Notes: generated by a model from the letters alone, not told the origin. 64,000 nucleotides of DNA from Candidatus Ozemobacteraceae bacterium (GCA_965140445.1 OZ223236.1:2400001-2464000), one strand, 5' to 3'; numbered from the stretch's first letter, positions 36,712 to 46,695 are shown. Translations and numbers: made by a program.

Positions 36712-39276
36712 CTACAGTCTGGAAAAGGCTTCTCTAGCAAATTTTGCTATTTGTGTGTTGCCAGGTGAATTTTCGAAAGCTTTTTTGTAACAGGCTTTTG
36801 CTTCTTTGATAAATCTTTTACTTTCATAAGCTTGTCCTAAGTTAAAGCAGGCATAAGGGTCATTCGGTGAAAGATTTACCACTCTTACGAGAGCATCGAT
36901 TGCCAGATCGTAATTGTGAGTATCCATATAGGCTACGCCAAGGTTGTAAAGCGCATAAGTGTCTTCAGGGTTAATTTCAATTGCTCGCCTTAAAGCCGCA
37001 ATTGCCTCATTAACTTGCCCTTGTTCATAATATGAAAGACCTAGATGTGAATGGGAATAAGCATCATCAGAATCAAGTTCAATTGCATGAGAAAATGCTT
37101 TAATTGCTTGAGGAACTCGTCCGGAATTTTTATACAAAACCCCCAGACTATATTGTGAAAATGCGTCATCGGAGTTAAGCATAATAGCTTTCTTGAATGC
37201 ATCTTCAGCTTTTTCTGTATCGCCAAGTGCTCTGTAAATGGTTCCAATTAAATAGTGAGCATAAAACTTGTTCTCATCAATTCTGATTGCCATTTGAACG
37301 CAGTTTAGTGCATTTTCTATCTGATTTAGACTCTTATAGACAGACCCTAAGCTCATTAAAGTTGCAACATTTTCTTCGTCAATGCTTAAGAGGTCCTCAA
37401 AGGTTTCTCTTGCTTCATCCATCATTCCATTGTTCTTGTAAATCAAGCCAAGTATGTATCTGCTTTCGGTATCTTCAGGATCAAGCTTTATTGTTCGCTT
37501 TATTGCGCTAACAGCTTCTTCAAGTCTACCTTGGTTCAGGTAGGTTTTGCCGAGATGGAAGAACGCTTCCTGGAAATCTGGATCTAATTCGATGGTTTTA
37601 TTCCAGGATCTGATTGCTTGATCAGAACGCCCAACACTCTTGTATGCAATTCCAAGCTGGAGATGCGCATGAGAAAATTCGGGATCCAGTGCGACTGCTT
37701 TTTCCCATTCACGTATTGCTTCATCCAGCATGCCTTTTTCGCGAAATGCGAGCCCAAGTCTGTAATGGGCACCGGCGTTATCGGGATTTATGGTTACTGA
37801 TCTTTTCCATCTTGTCAGATTTTGATCATCAATTCCCTTAAGTCTGTAGATAACTTCGAGATTGTAGTGCGCAAAAGAGTCATATGGGTTTAAAGCGATA
37901 ACTTTGCGATATTCAATTATCGCTTCATCATACATTTCTTTGTTCTTGTAAGCTGAAGCCAATTTATAATGAGCTTCGGCATTGTTTGAATTATTGGCTA
38001 TTTCAGCTTTGTATTTTTCGATCATCAAATCGATCTCTGTTTTACTTTTCATTTGCAAAACAGGTTTTGTTTCTTCAATTTTTCCGTATTTTTTCTTGAT
38101 TTCTCCAGCTTTTCTCCAATGGAAAACAGCTTGTTCTGATTGTCCTTTTACATCAAAAATTTCTCCAAGGGCATCATGAGCTTTACTTAGTTTTTGATCA
38201 AGAAATAGAGCTCTTTTTAATTCTCCAGTTGCATCGTCAAGCATTCCTCGGTCCTTATAGGACATTCCAAGATTAAAGTGAAGTTCAGCATCGTTTGGAT
38301 TCATATTGTTTTCCAGGCGAAACTGTTCAATCGCTTTTTGAATCTGCCCTTTTTTCCTTAAAACGACTCCAACGAAATATCTAAGTCGCGGAAATTTTGG
38401 ATCAATTTTTAGCGCTCTATTAAACTCGGATAAAGCGGCGTCATCCATATTCTTTTTTAGTAATGCTTGGCCAAGATAAACATGTGCTTCTACAAGCATT
38501 GGATTTATTGAGATTACTCTTTTTAAAGACTCTATGGCTTCATCGTGTTCACCGAGGTAGAACTGAGTAATTCCAAGATTTAAAAAAGCGAATCCGTTAT
38601 CTGGATAGATCTGAATTGATTCTTTTAAAAATTGACGCGCATCTTCAAATTTGCCTTGATGTGCATGGGCTCTTCCCAGTTGGCAAAGAGCATATGCGTC
38701 CTGGGGATTTAGTAATACTGCTTTTTTAAACTCTACAATAGCTTTTTTAGGTTTTCCTATTTCTAGATAAACTGCTCCCAGTGAAAAGTGCGCATACGCA
38801 TAATCATGATTAAGATCTATTGCATTTTTAAGCCTGACAATAGATTCATCATAAAGTTTTTTTAATTTATAAATAAGCCCGAGCTGGAGATGAGCAAAAG
38901 CGTAATCAGGTTTTAATGAAATGGCTTTTTTGAAGCGGATTATTGCTTCATCATACATGCCTTTAAGTTTGTAAATGACTCCAAGGTTTGCATATGGATA
39001 AGCATAGTTATGATTGTACATAATTGCTTTTTTAAATTCGGTTATGGCTTCGTTAAGCAAACCTTTATTTCTATATGCAAGTCCAATAAAGTTATGTGCA
39101 TATGAATCTTTGGGATTAATGGATAAAGCGTCTTTGAAAACATTAATTGCTCTATCTGTTTCGCCTGACATTTCCAAGGCTCTGGCAAGCTGGTAATAGG
39201 CAAAAAAGTCGCGAGGGTTTGCTGCAATTCTTTTTCTGCAATCCTTAATTATCTGCTCAAATTTTTTCTCTATCAT
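36712..39276 (-). CDS. Very long TPR protein (more than 20 repeats)
   Basis: Continuous repeats such as NPKDSYAHNFIG, PDYAFAHLQLG, NPEDTYALYNLG; no signal peptide. Confidence 0.92.
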   Translation of the reverse strand: MIEKKFEQIIKDCRKRIAANPRDFFAYYQLARALEMSGETDRAINVFKDALSINPKDSYAHNFIGLAYRNKGLLNEAITEFKKAIMYNHNYAYPYANLGVIYKLKGMYDEAIIRFKKAISLKPDYAFAHLQLGLIYKLKKLYDESIVRLKNAIDLNHDYAYAHFSLGAVYLEIGKPKKAIVEFKKAVLLNPQDAYALCQLGRAHAHQGKFEDARQFLKESIQIYPDNGFAFLNLGITQFYLGEHDEAIESLKRVISINPMLVEAHVYLGQALLKKNMDDAALSEFNRALKIDPKFPRLRYFVGVVLRKKGQIQKAIEQFRLENNMNPNDAELHFNLGMSYKDRGMLDDATGELKRALFLDQKLSKAHDALGEIFDVKGQSEQAVFHWRKAGEIKKKYGKIEETKPVLQMKSKTEIDLMIEKYKAEIANNSNNAEAHYKLASAYKNKEMYDEAIIEYRKVIALNPYDSFAHYNLEVIYRLKGIDDQNLTRWKRSVTINPDNAGAHYRLGLAFREKGMLDEAIREWEKAVALDPEFSHAHLQLGIAYKSVGRSDQAIRSWNKTIELDPDFQEAFFHLGKTYLNQGRLEEAVSAIKRTIKLDPEDTESRYILGLIYKNNGMMDEARETFEDLLSIDEENVATLMSLGSVYKSLNQIENALNCVQMAIRIDENKFYAHYLIGTIYRALGDTEKAEDAFKKAIMLNSDDAFSQYSLGVLYKNSGRVPQAIKAFSHAIELDSDDAYSHSHLGLSYYEQGQVNEAIAALRRAIEINPEDTYALYNLGVAYMDTHNYDLAIDALVRVVNLSPNDPYACFNLGQAYESKRFIKEAKACYKKAFENSPGNTQIAKFAREAFSRL

Positions 39277-39288
39277 TGCCAGCCTCCA

Positions 39289-39756
39289 TCAGGGTATCCA
39301 TTCTAGTGTTTTAAAAGTTTCTATGTCTTTTCCATCAAGATAGGCAATTATCTCGTCCTTCATTGCTGGAAAAATTGGCTTGCTGGCGATTTCTTCTGGT
39401 CCAAAAAAGTCGAATCCTTCAACCCTTTCGTCTTCGCCAACACTTAGATTAGAAAAGTCGGGTAAAATTCCTTCAAATACAAGGAATTGTATGTGACGTC
39501 CCTTTTCTTGAGACATGGACTCACGAACAAAAAGTAACTTTAGATCTTGAGTAGAAACTCGAAGTTCTTCTTGAAGCTCTCTTTGTGCGGATACTTTAGC
39601 CGGCTCAAATGGGTCTTGTCCCCCGCCGGGAAGTAACCAGTAGCGTTTCCCATCTTTGAGATGCCTGACAAAGCACAATTTGCCATCTTCTCTTTTCAAG
39701 AGTATGGTTACGCGAATTCTTACAATTGGATTTGTTTTATTTAAGTCCTTTTTCAC
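39289..39756 (-). CDS. NUDIX hydrolase
   Basis: WLLPGGGQDPFEPAKVSAQRELQEEL Nudix box. Confidence 0.88.
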   Translation of the reverse strand: MKKDLNKTNPIVRIRVTILLKREDGKLCFVRHLKDGKRYWLLPGGGQDPFEPAKVSAQRELQEELRVSTQDLKLLFVRESMSQEKGRHIQFLVFEGILPDFSNLSVGEDERVEGFDFFGPEEIASKPIFPAMKDEIIAYLDGKDIETFKTLEWIP

Positions 39757-39763
39757 ACATTAA

Positions 39764-39790
39764 TTATCGGCAGGCAAGAACTTAACTGAA
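39764..39790 (-). promoter_or_regulatory. Putative sigma28-like promoter for NUDIX-TPR-lipoprotein
   Basis: Perfect -10 GCCGATAA; weaker -35 (TTCA, 15-nt spacer). Confidence 0.5.
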
Positions 39791-39798
39791 AGAAAAAT

Positions 39799-40857
39799 TT
39801 ACAGAGAAACAATTTCCTTGTTTGTGACCTTTATTAATGAGAGAGCAAAAAGCTCTTCAATTTTTGGTGTTTCACTTGTTTTTAGGTGAACTGACCTTTT
39901 TGGTGCAAGATAATGGGTTTGATTGATTTTTTTTAAATGAAACTTAACGCCATTATTAGTTAGCAAATTTATTGCTCGTAAAAGATCGGATGGTGTTTCA
40001 AATTTGTAAACAGTGTAGCTTTGATCTGAAACCGATTTTTGATAAATATAGTCACCCTTAATGAACAGTTTTTTAAATTCAGAATCAGCACCCCAGTGGA
40101 TTGTTTCATTTGCACTTGTGAAATAGTAGCCATTTTTATTTAAGGCATTGTGAATCTTTTTTGCGACAATCTCTTTGTTATCAATGTCAAAGTAAATCAT
40201 TGTGTTTCGGCAAAAAATAATGTCAAAGCTTCTGCTTGGCCATGGCTCTAAAAGATTAAGCATTTCAAAATGGGCAAATTTGGAAAACTCAGGTTTTATT
40301 TGAAAGCTTTCAATTTCTACATTTCTGAAATATCTATTTAAATGTGATTGCTCAACCTGTTTAAGTTCTGTGGAACTGTAAATTCCCAGGCGAGCTCTAT
40401 TCAGGGCTTCTGTGGAGATGTCGCTTCCGAGAAGTTGGATATTCCAATCTTTTGGTGATTCAATTGTATCTAACAGCGTAATTAAAATTGAGTAAAGCTC
40501 GGCACCAATAGAGCATCCCGCTGACCAGATGGTGATTCTATTGTCTTTTTCCTGTTTTTTTCTTCTAAGAATCATAGGAATAATTGATTCTTTAAGAATT
40601 CTAAAGTGTTTTGGATGTCTGAAAAACCAGGTTTCATTTGTTGTTAAAATATTTAAAAGCTCAAGGCGAATACCGATATCTTTTCTGGAAGCGGTAATAA
40701 GGTCATTTAAAGTTTTATAAGAGTGTTTACGCATTAATGGCCACACTCTATTTTCAACAAATGAGTATTTTGCGGGTTGAAAACTTATCCCGTATTCGCG
40801 TGAAAGATACAGGCAAAATACAGCAAGCTCTTTCATTGTAAAGTGGCTATCGTGCAT
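39799..40857 (-). CDS. cheR: CheR-family protein-glutamate methyltransferase with an extra C-terminal domain
   Basis: LTTNETWFFR, IWSAGCSIGAE, GSDIS, FDIIFCRNTMIYF. Confidence 0.9.
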   Translation of the reverse strand: MHDSHFTMKELAVFCLYLSREYGISFQPAKYSFVENRVWPLMRKHSYKTLNDLITASRKDIGIRLELLNILTTNETWFFRHPKHFRILKESIIPMILRRKKQEKDNRITIWSAGCSIGAELYSILITLLDTIESPKDWNIQLLGSDISTEALNRARLGIYSSTELKQVEQSHLNRYFRNVEIESFQIKPEFSKFAHFEMLNLLEPWPSRSFDIIFCRNTMIYFDIDNKEIVAKKIHNALNKNGYYFTSANETIHWGADSEFKKLFIKGDYIYQKSVSDQSYTVYKFETPSDLLRAINLLTNNGVKFHLKKINQTHYLAPKRSVHLKTSETPKIEELFALSLIKVTNKEIVSL

Positions 40858-40861
40858 TTAT

Positions 40862-41050
40862 TTAAATATACTTTGTGCTCTTGGGAAAAACCCGTCCGGA
40901 CATAATTTGCCAGGTAGGACGCATCTGGCCTCGTAACTCTGATTCACAATCTTTGCAAACCAATCGTTCTGAGTTCTGAAATCTTAAATAGTTATGGATC
41001 TCTGTGTCGAAATTCTTAAGTTTTAAACAAAGTGGGCATCTGTCTTGCAT
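40862..41050 (-). CDS. Small CxxC...CxxC (zinc-finger-like) protein
   Basis: CPLC and CKDC; GGAG RBS; fills the gap between the PilX-like gene and cheR. Confidence 0.6.
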   Translation of the reverse strand: MQDRCPLCLKLKNFDTEIHNYLRFQNSERLVCKDCESELRGQMRPTWQIMSGRVFPKSTKYI

Positions 41051-41110
41051 AATTTACTCCAGAACAAGACACATAGTAACACAGATTTGAAAACAAATTC
41101 AACGGTACTT

Positions 41111-43408
41111 TTAAAAGGAGTTATATTCTGCAAGGCTTGCGAGGGTGTCTTTCCATGAAATAATACAATACCCGGCATACTCATAAATACTGTCTTCCAG
41201 ACCCATCAAAGGGAGGCTAGGGTCATAAACTTTTCTTCGGGTAGGTGGGCTATAGCAAGACTGACTTATCTGGTGAACATCATATAATCTCAGATTAATT
41301 TCTGAACCGAAAACTCTGTGCACCATGTGCATCATTCCAGAGTGTTTTATCCCAACATTATTATTTAATCTGCCTATTTCATTATAAAGTTTTACATAAT
41401 CCGGTCCAGCATAATATTTATTGTTTTGTTTTCCTCCGGATATAAACATCCCATTGGTTGTCATTTCTGGGAAGTATAGGAAATCGCCTGGTTTGTCGGT
41501 CAAATCTGTAGCGTCGAAATCTTCTGAGTTACCATCCGCTGGAACACCGAGTTTCTTTCTTAAACCGGAAAGCAACTTATAGACACCAAACTCTGAAGCC
41601 TGCGCTAGAGGGGCGCTATCAAATTTCTCATATTCTTTGGAGTAGTTTTCCCATACTTTTTTGCAAAGTTGGTCATAATCATCAAATCTAAATTTTCCAC
41701 TAGTTTCATTATATTTTTGAGCAAATTCATCTTCCAGGCTGCTTTCAATGGAAGAATTCTTCATTGGAAAGGTTGTAAAGAATTTTTTAAAATCAGTTCT
41801 AAAGCCAGCTTCATCTGTTGCGGAGGCATTTATGGTACCGGACCTGTTATGTTTTATGCAATTATCTTCTGCTTCAGTGTCATTAGCGATTGATTTGGCG
41901 ATCTCGTATTTCATATAAGGAAAGATCTCATTTTCAAAGCAATCAATTGGGCTTCGATAATCGTATACAATCCTTTCTTTTGCTATAACAGTTGCGGCAA
42001 CATGGTTTTTGAAGCCAGTTGTTTCTGCATCTTCAGCAAGTTTAGCTTTTATCTCATCTGAATAGTCGGTGCTTTCTAAGGCGTTTCCTCCGTCAGGATA
42101 ATCCTGAGGGAGGCCATAATATTCATCAAATTTTGATGGAGAAGGGTCTCCGGCCTGGTTGAAGTCGCCTGCAACAAAAACGTTTTTAGGCGAAACAATC
42201 TGGATATCTTTTCCTGGGTTACCTTTTATAACTAAATTTTCCTCTGCAAAAATAACTCCGTTAAAATCAGCTGGAAGGCTTATATTTCCAGGCCTAATGT
42301 TACTGCCAAAATCCAGTATTTTTGCTTTTACGCTGTTTGGACCTGATCCGTTCCATCCATTTGGAACCGCATAGTCCTGATTGCAATCAGAGGAGGATAA
42401 ATATATGCCTTTTGTTTTTGATTTTTCTTTATATAGATGAAAAGGAATTGGCTTAGGGGGAAGAGACATTCCAGCGTGCTTGTCTTTAAGATATGGTTTT
42501 AAGTCTGCTGGGAGTTCTGGAGTGGCCCCAACTAGTTCTTTGGGATATTCACCGAATTTTTTTGCCTCTGGTGAAGAGTAAGTTCCAGATAATGGAAAAC
42601 TCTGATTTTTGGGAATAATTTTTGTAAATTTTGGTATCCCTGGTTGTCCCCTGAAGGTCGCTTTTATTGGACTATAGAAGAAGATTCCACCAGCTCCACT
42701 GATAATGGCTTCCATGTCGTCAAGTTCCTGGTCTGTACCTGGGCCTTCTGGTGATGGGCTTTGGCGAGTGTTGAGGATACGTGAAATTTCTACCCCTTTA
42801 TGGCCGTATAAATGTCCTGTTGAGAAGACGTTTTTGTTGCCTTTTCCCGGCTCGCCATATATTAAAGACAAAAATCCACCATCGTAAAGCAAGAACTCTC
42901 TTGCTGGATATCTTCTGTTTATAACCGCTTCAACTCTTCGGATTGTATTGTCAAATTTGCCGAGCGACTCAACCAGAAGATAGCTAAATCGTTCATCAAC
43001 GTTTTTGGTGTCTGGATCGTCTATGTATGGGATATATCCAACCCTGACCCTGAATTCACCGTCACCCAGTCTTCCGGTGTAAGTGCCTTCTGAATTGCTG
43101 TCAGGATAAAATCCCAGAGAATCAATTTTTTGAAGAGTTTGCTTGTTGGGGAGGGCTTTTTTCCATTTTAAGTCTGGGGTTACTTCGTGAGTAACAAAAT
43201 CATAGTTATTAGACAATTCGGCAACAACAAATTCCAGACCAGCTTCGGCAAGAGCAAGCGCTTTAGCCTTACGGCTTTCTCTAATTGTAGTTTGCATGCG
43301 TTGTGATGAAAAGCTGAAAACGCCAGCAATTATTATCATCAAAACTATTCCCATGCCTATGGCAGTGAGAATTGCTGATCCTCTTCTATAATTGTTTAAA
43401 ATTCTCAT
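41111..43408 (-). CDS. PilX/GspK-like minor pilin with a very large C-terminal domain
   Basis: RRG|SAILTAIGMGIVL (no E5) and KALALAEAGLE, the PilX N-terminal signature; LLVESLG. Confidence 0.78.
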   Translation of the reverse strand: MRILNNYRRGSAILTAIGMGIVLMIIIAGVFSFSSQRMQTTIRESRKAKALALAEAGLEFVVAELSNNYDFVTHEVTPDLKWKKALPNKQTLQKIDSLGFYPDSNSEGTYTGRLGDGEFRVRVGYIPYIDDPDTKNVDERFSYLLVESLGKFDNTIRRVEAVINRRYPAREFLLYDGGFLSLIYGEPGKGNKNVFSTGHLYGHKGVEISRILNTRQSPSPEGPGTDQELDDMEAIISGAGGIFFYSPIKATFRGQPGIPKFTKIIPKNQSFPLSGTYSSPEAKKFGEYPKELVGATPELPADLKPYLKDKHAGMSLPPKPIPFHLYKEKSKTKGIYLSSSDCNQDYAVPNGWNGSGPNSVKAKILDFGSNIRPGNISLPADFNGVIFAEENLVIKGNPGKDIQIVSPKNVFVAGDFNQAGDPSPSKFDEYYGLPQDYPDGGNALESTDYSDEIKAKLAEDAETTGFKNHVAATVIAKERIVYDYRSPIDCFENEIFPYMKYEIAKSIANDTEAEDNCIKHNRSGTINASATDEAGFRTDFKKFFTTFPMKNSSIESSLEDEFAQKYNETSGKFRFDDYDQLCKKVWENYSKEYEKFDSAPLAQASEFGVYKLLSGLRKKLGVPADGNSEDFDATDLTDKPGDFLYFPEMTTNGMFISGGKQNNKYYAGPDYVKLYNEIGRLNNNVGIKHSGMMHMVHRVFGSEINLRLYDVHQISQSCYSPPTRRKVYDPSLPLMGLEDSIYEYAGYCIISWKDTLASLAEYNSF

Positions 43409-44058
43409 TCTGGCGCAGCACCTCTTTCTTTTACAGAAATAACCAGCTGATTTTCGTATTTACTTGTAGTTTTACTTTGTTTGCCTTGTCTTGATATTGC
43501 CAACTTAATATATAGATTGCCTGAACCAGCAGAGTCCGGATCGGTCAGGCGATAGAAAATGCATTCATCAATTTTGGTCTGAACTGGAAGAATAACTTTC
43601 TCAGAAGGTATTGGATTTTTCTTGTTATCAAAAGGAAGCATTTCACGGCAAAGAGTCCAGGGGCTGTTTGTGTCACCAGGCTCTTCTCTTTCAAGAAAAT
43701 ATTTTACCCTTGTCTGTGTATAATTATACTCGCCTTCTGGCAAAGTGGTGGGATCTTTTGAGAAATCATAATTGACTTTCATAAACATAAGGTAATTGCC
43801 GGGGTCTTCTGTTTTTAATGTGGGAATTTGACTCCGCTTAAAACTTTTGGGGCAGTTCTCAAAAATAAAATTAGACTCCCTCACATCATCAGTTATTTTT
43901 TGAATGGTTCTATCCATTTCATCGTTGATCCCATGATTTTCTATAATTTCACGTGCTCCTCGATTTGCTCCAAAAAAAACTTTGTAAAGCGCTGCCATGA
44001 GCAAAGACATTACAATCATCACGATCATCAATTCAATTAGGGTAAAGCCTTTTTTCAT
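43405..44058 (-). CDS. Minor pilin (PilW/GspJ-like)
   Basis: KKG|FTLIELMIVM; ITDDVRES. Confidence 0.85.
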   Translation of the reverse strand: MKKGFTLIELMIVMIVMSLLMAALYKVFFGANRGAREIIENHGINDEMDRTIQKITDDVRESNFIFENCPKSFKRSQIPTLKTEDPGNYLMFMKVNYDFSKDPTTLPEGEYNYTQTRVKYFLEREEPGDTNSPWTLCREMLPFDNKKNPIPSEKVILPVQTKIDECIFYRLTDPDSAGSGNLYIKLAISRQGKQSKTTSKYENQLVISVKERGAAPE

Positions 44059-44059
44059 G

Positions 44060-44524
44060 CTAATTCCTTTTTGACAGGGCCGTTGAGATTTCTAAACGAT
44101 GTGTTTTTTTATCTTTTCCTACATATTCTATTGCGAAAAATATGACATTTAAAATTGTCGGATCTGTAGGAGCTTCTGAATTTTTTACTGGTTCGATCTT
44201 AACATCTTTAATTTCATAGGAAATGCCGTTTATGTCATGTTTTCTGTAATTATCATCATTTTTTAGCTTCCACTCGAAGGTTTTTTTCATTTCATTTGGT
44301 TTGGAGCTATATTGATCAGCCTCGATTAAATCAAAGGTGTATCCGCGACACATTTCCTGGATTTTTTGGGCAAGGAACGCAGCATTTGCATGATCTCGAG
44401 TTGCTGTAACTGTTTTTGTCTGGCTGGTTATAACATTTAATGATGGAATAATGATTAGTGCCAGTAAAACAACACCTATCATTACCTCAACAAGAGACAT
44501 TCCATTTTTAGTTATAATTTTCAT
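44060..44524 (-). CDS. Minor pilin (PilV/GspI-like)
   Basis: KNG|MSLVEVMIGVVLL; AAFLAQKIQE. Confidence 0.85.
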   Translation of the reverse strand: MKIITKNGMSLVEVMIGVVLLALIIIPSLNVITSQTKTVTATRDHANAAFLAQKIQEMCRGYTFDLIEADQYSSKPNEMKKTFEWKLKNDDNYRKHDINGISYEIKDVKIEPVKNSEAPTDPTILNVIFFAIEYVGKDKKTHRLEISTALSKRN

Positions 44525-45750
44525 TCCGGGTAGATCAAAAACTCCCTTCTTTTTTTTAAGAACGAAGCAATTTCTGGTTGAATTGAGGCAAATAGTTGCA
44601 TTAAGGGGGTTCCATTTATTATTGCAATACGTATTTTGGAGTTACCCAGAAGAGTGTCTATTGCTTCTGCAACATGTGAATTGTTTAACGGGATTTTTTC
44701 AGGATGCATATCCCATAATGCTCTCATTATTGAGATCCCAGTTAAAAAAGGATCATAAGTTATGACATCGGTGATAATAATTTCAATTCCGAAAACTTCT
44801 TTTTTTGCAAATAGTCCGTAATAAGGTTTTAAGGTTACTGGAATAAATTTTACTCCTGGTAGCTTATGCTTCTCAAGTTTTTGAGCAAGCATTTCCCCAT
44901 CTAGCCAGGGGGCCAATATGTAATGAAAAGGGCGAGTGGTACCAACACCAGTTGAAAAAACTCCCATTTCACCCAGAAATCCAGTTGCTGCATAGTAAAG
45001 TGGAGTTTCTGCTTCAGGAATGTGATCTGATGGTGGCGTCCAATGCATACCTGTGTCTTTAAATGACATAGACCTTTTGTAGCCTTCCATGCCTATGACA
45101 GTTAAGTTTGCACCTAGCCCAAATACCTTGTTAAAAAAAAGAGCAAGTTCTCCAATCGTCATACCGTATATTAGAGGGACTGGGTAAACTCCAAACTTGC
45201 TTCTGTGGTTTACTTCCAACACCGGTCCTGAGACTGTTTCAGCACTAATTGGATTTGGACGGTCCAGAATCATTACTGGTATAGAGCTCTCTCTTGCCAG
45301 ATCCAGAAACTGAGCCAGTAAAGTTAGATAATTAAAATAACGAATCCCGATATCTTGAAAATCCACAATTAAAAGCTCTGTGTCCTCAAAAACATCTTTT
45401 CCTGGGCGATTAAGGGGATCAGTTATTTCATGAATTTTAGCATTTGTGATGGCATCTCTATAGATTCCTGGAATTTCACTGGGTATTTTTTCACGAAAAT
45501 AATTCTCCCCAGTGAAGATTAGTTTTACCTCGGCTGCTTTTGCTATTCTATCTATAGTGTGATTAAAGCTTTGGTCAAAAGATGACTTTGAAACTAAAAG
45601 AGCCACTTTTTTATTTCTAACTAGATCGGGGTGCTGTCTTGCCAGAACTTCGATCCCAATTTTAAATTCGGTTCCACTACTTGCTTTGCAAAATGAAGCA
45701 AGGAATAGAAGCACAAACAAAAGTTTTTTTAACTCAAATCTTCTTTTCAT
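44521..45750 (-). CDS. DUF1343/NamZ-family exo-beta-N-acetylmuramidase homolog, divergent active-site region
   Basis: DFQDIGIRY, LDRPNP, GPVL, GMTIGELA, GTTRPF; signal peptide; ATGA overlap with the PilV-like gene. Confidence 0.85.
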   Translation of the reverse strand: MKRRFELKKLLFVLLFLASFCKASSGTEFKIGIEVLARQHPDLVRNKKVALLVSKSSFDQSFNHTIDRIAKAAEVKLIFTGENYFREKIPSEIPGIYRDAITNAKIHEITDPLNRPGKDVFEDTELLIVDFQDIGIRYFNYLTLLAQFLDLARESSIPVMILDRPNPISAETVSGPVLEVNHRSKFGVYPVPLIYGMTIGELALFFNKVFGLGANLTVIGMEGYKRSMSFKDTGMHWTPPSDHIPEAETPLYYAATGFLGEMGVFSTGVGTTRPFHYILAPWLDGEMLAQKLEKHKLPGVKFIPVTLKPYYGLFAKKEVFGIEIIITDVITYDPFLTGISIMRALWDMHPEKIPLNNSHVAEAIDTLLGNSKIRIAIINGTPLMQLFASIQPEIASFLKKRREFLIYPE

Positions 45751-45846
45751 TTAGTCATATTACTTTAAAGTGGAAATATCATCAACTCAAATGGGTTATA
45801 ATTCGACACCTAAATGTGATAAAATGCCAGTGGGGTTTTATGTAAA

Positions 45847-46695
45847 ATGAAAAGACAACCAGCAGTAGCGGGAAGATTTTATCCTGAAAATAGAGATGAG
45901 CTTCTTAAAAGTATAGGCGAATCGTATGCTCACTTTTTAGGAGTTCAAAAAAATGAAATCCATGCCTCGGGAAAGCTAAGAATGCTTATTGCCCCGCATG
46001 CTGGCTATATGTTTAGCGGTCCCCCTTCTTCCTGGGGATTCTCTCGTTTGAAGCAGGAGCGTCCTCTACCTTCACGAATAGTATTGCTTGGACCCAAACA
46101 TACTCCCTATGGAGCCGGTGTTTCTGTTAGTTCATCAGATTTCTGGACAACCCCATTAGGAGATGTTCCAGTGGACAAAGAATTTGTGAAGCGTCTTTGT
46201 TCAGTTTCTGAGGTTTTTACAGCCGATACAGATGCGCATAGATACGAGCATTCAATTGAAGTTCAATTGCCTTTTTTACAAGAGCTTTATGGAAAGAAGG
46301 AATTTAAAATTGTCCCAATTGCAATTCAGTTTAATGTTTTTTCCATTTTTCAAACTTTATCTTATGAGCTTCACGATGCAATAACTGAATCTGAAGGCGA
46401 AACCTTAATTATTGTAAGCTCGGATTTTTCCCATGATACTCCTCTTGATGAGGCTTACAAATTAGATGGCGAAGCCATAGAGCTCATAAAAAGATTAGAC
46501 GCAAAAGGGTTTTACGATTTAGTGGTGTCAGAAAACCGCTCAATATGTGGTCTTATGCCAATCACATTAGGTCTGACTTTGATGAAGGCAATGAATGTTC
46601 AGGCGCAGCTCCTAAAATATTCTACTTCAATGGAAATAATGGATCATGATCGTGGAGTTGGTTACGCATCAATTATTTTTGAGGACAAGAAATGA
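45847..46695 (+). CDS. MEMO1 family / AmmeMemoRadiSam protein B
   Basis: RQPAVAGRFYP, PHAGYMFSG, EHSIEVQLPFL, SSDFSH, SICG, VGYAS. Confidence 0.93.
   Translation: MKRQPAVAGRFYPENRDELLKSIGESYAHFLGVQKNEIHASGKLRMLIAPHAGYMFSGPPSSWGFSRLKQERPLPSRIVLLGPKHTPYGAGVSVSSSDFWTTPLGDVPVDKEFVKRLCSVSEVFTADTDAHRYEHSIEVQLPFLQELYGKKEFKIVPIAIQFNVFSIFQTLSYELHDAITESEGETLIIVSSDFSHDTPLDEAYKLDGEAIELIKRLDAKGFYDLVVSENRSICGLMPITLGLTLMKAMNVQAQLLKYSTSMEIMDHDRGVGYASIIFEDKK

Noticed and set aside
45847..46695. Complete AmmeMemoRadiSam system
   Set aside because: Only the MEMO subunit is present; no AMMECR1 or radical SAM gene nearby.
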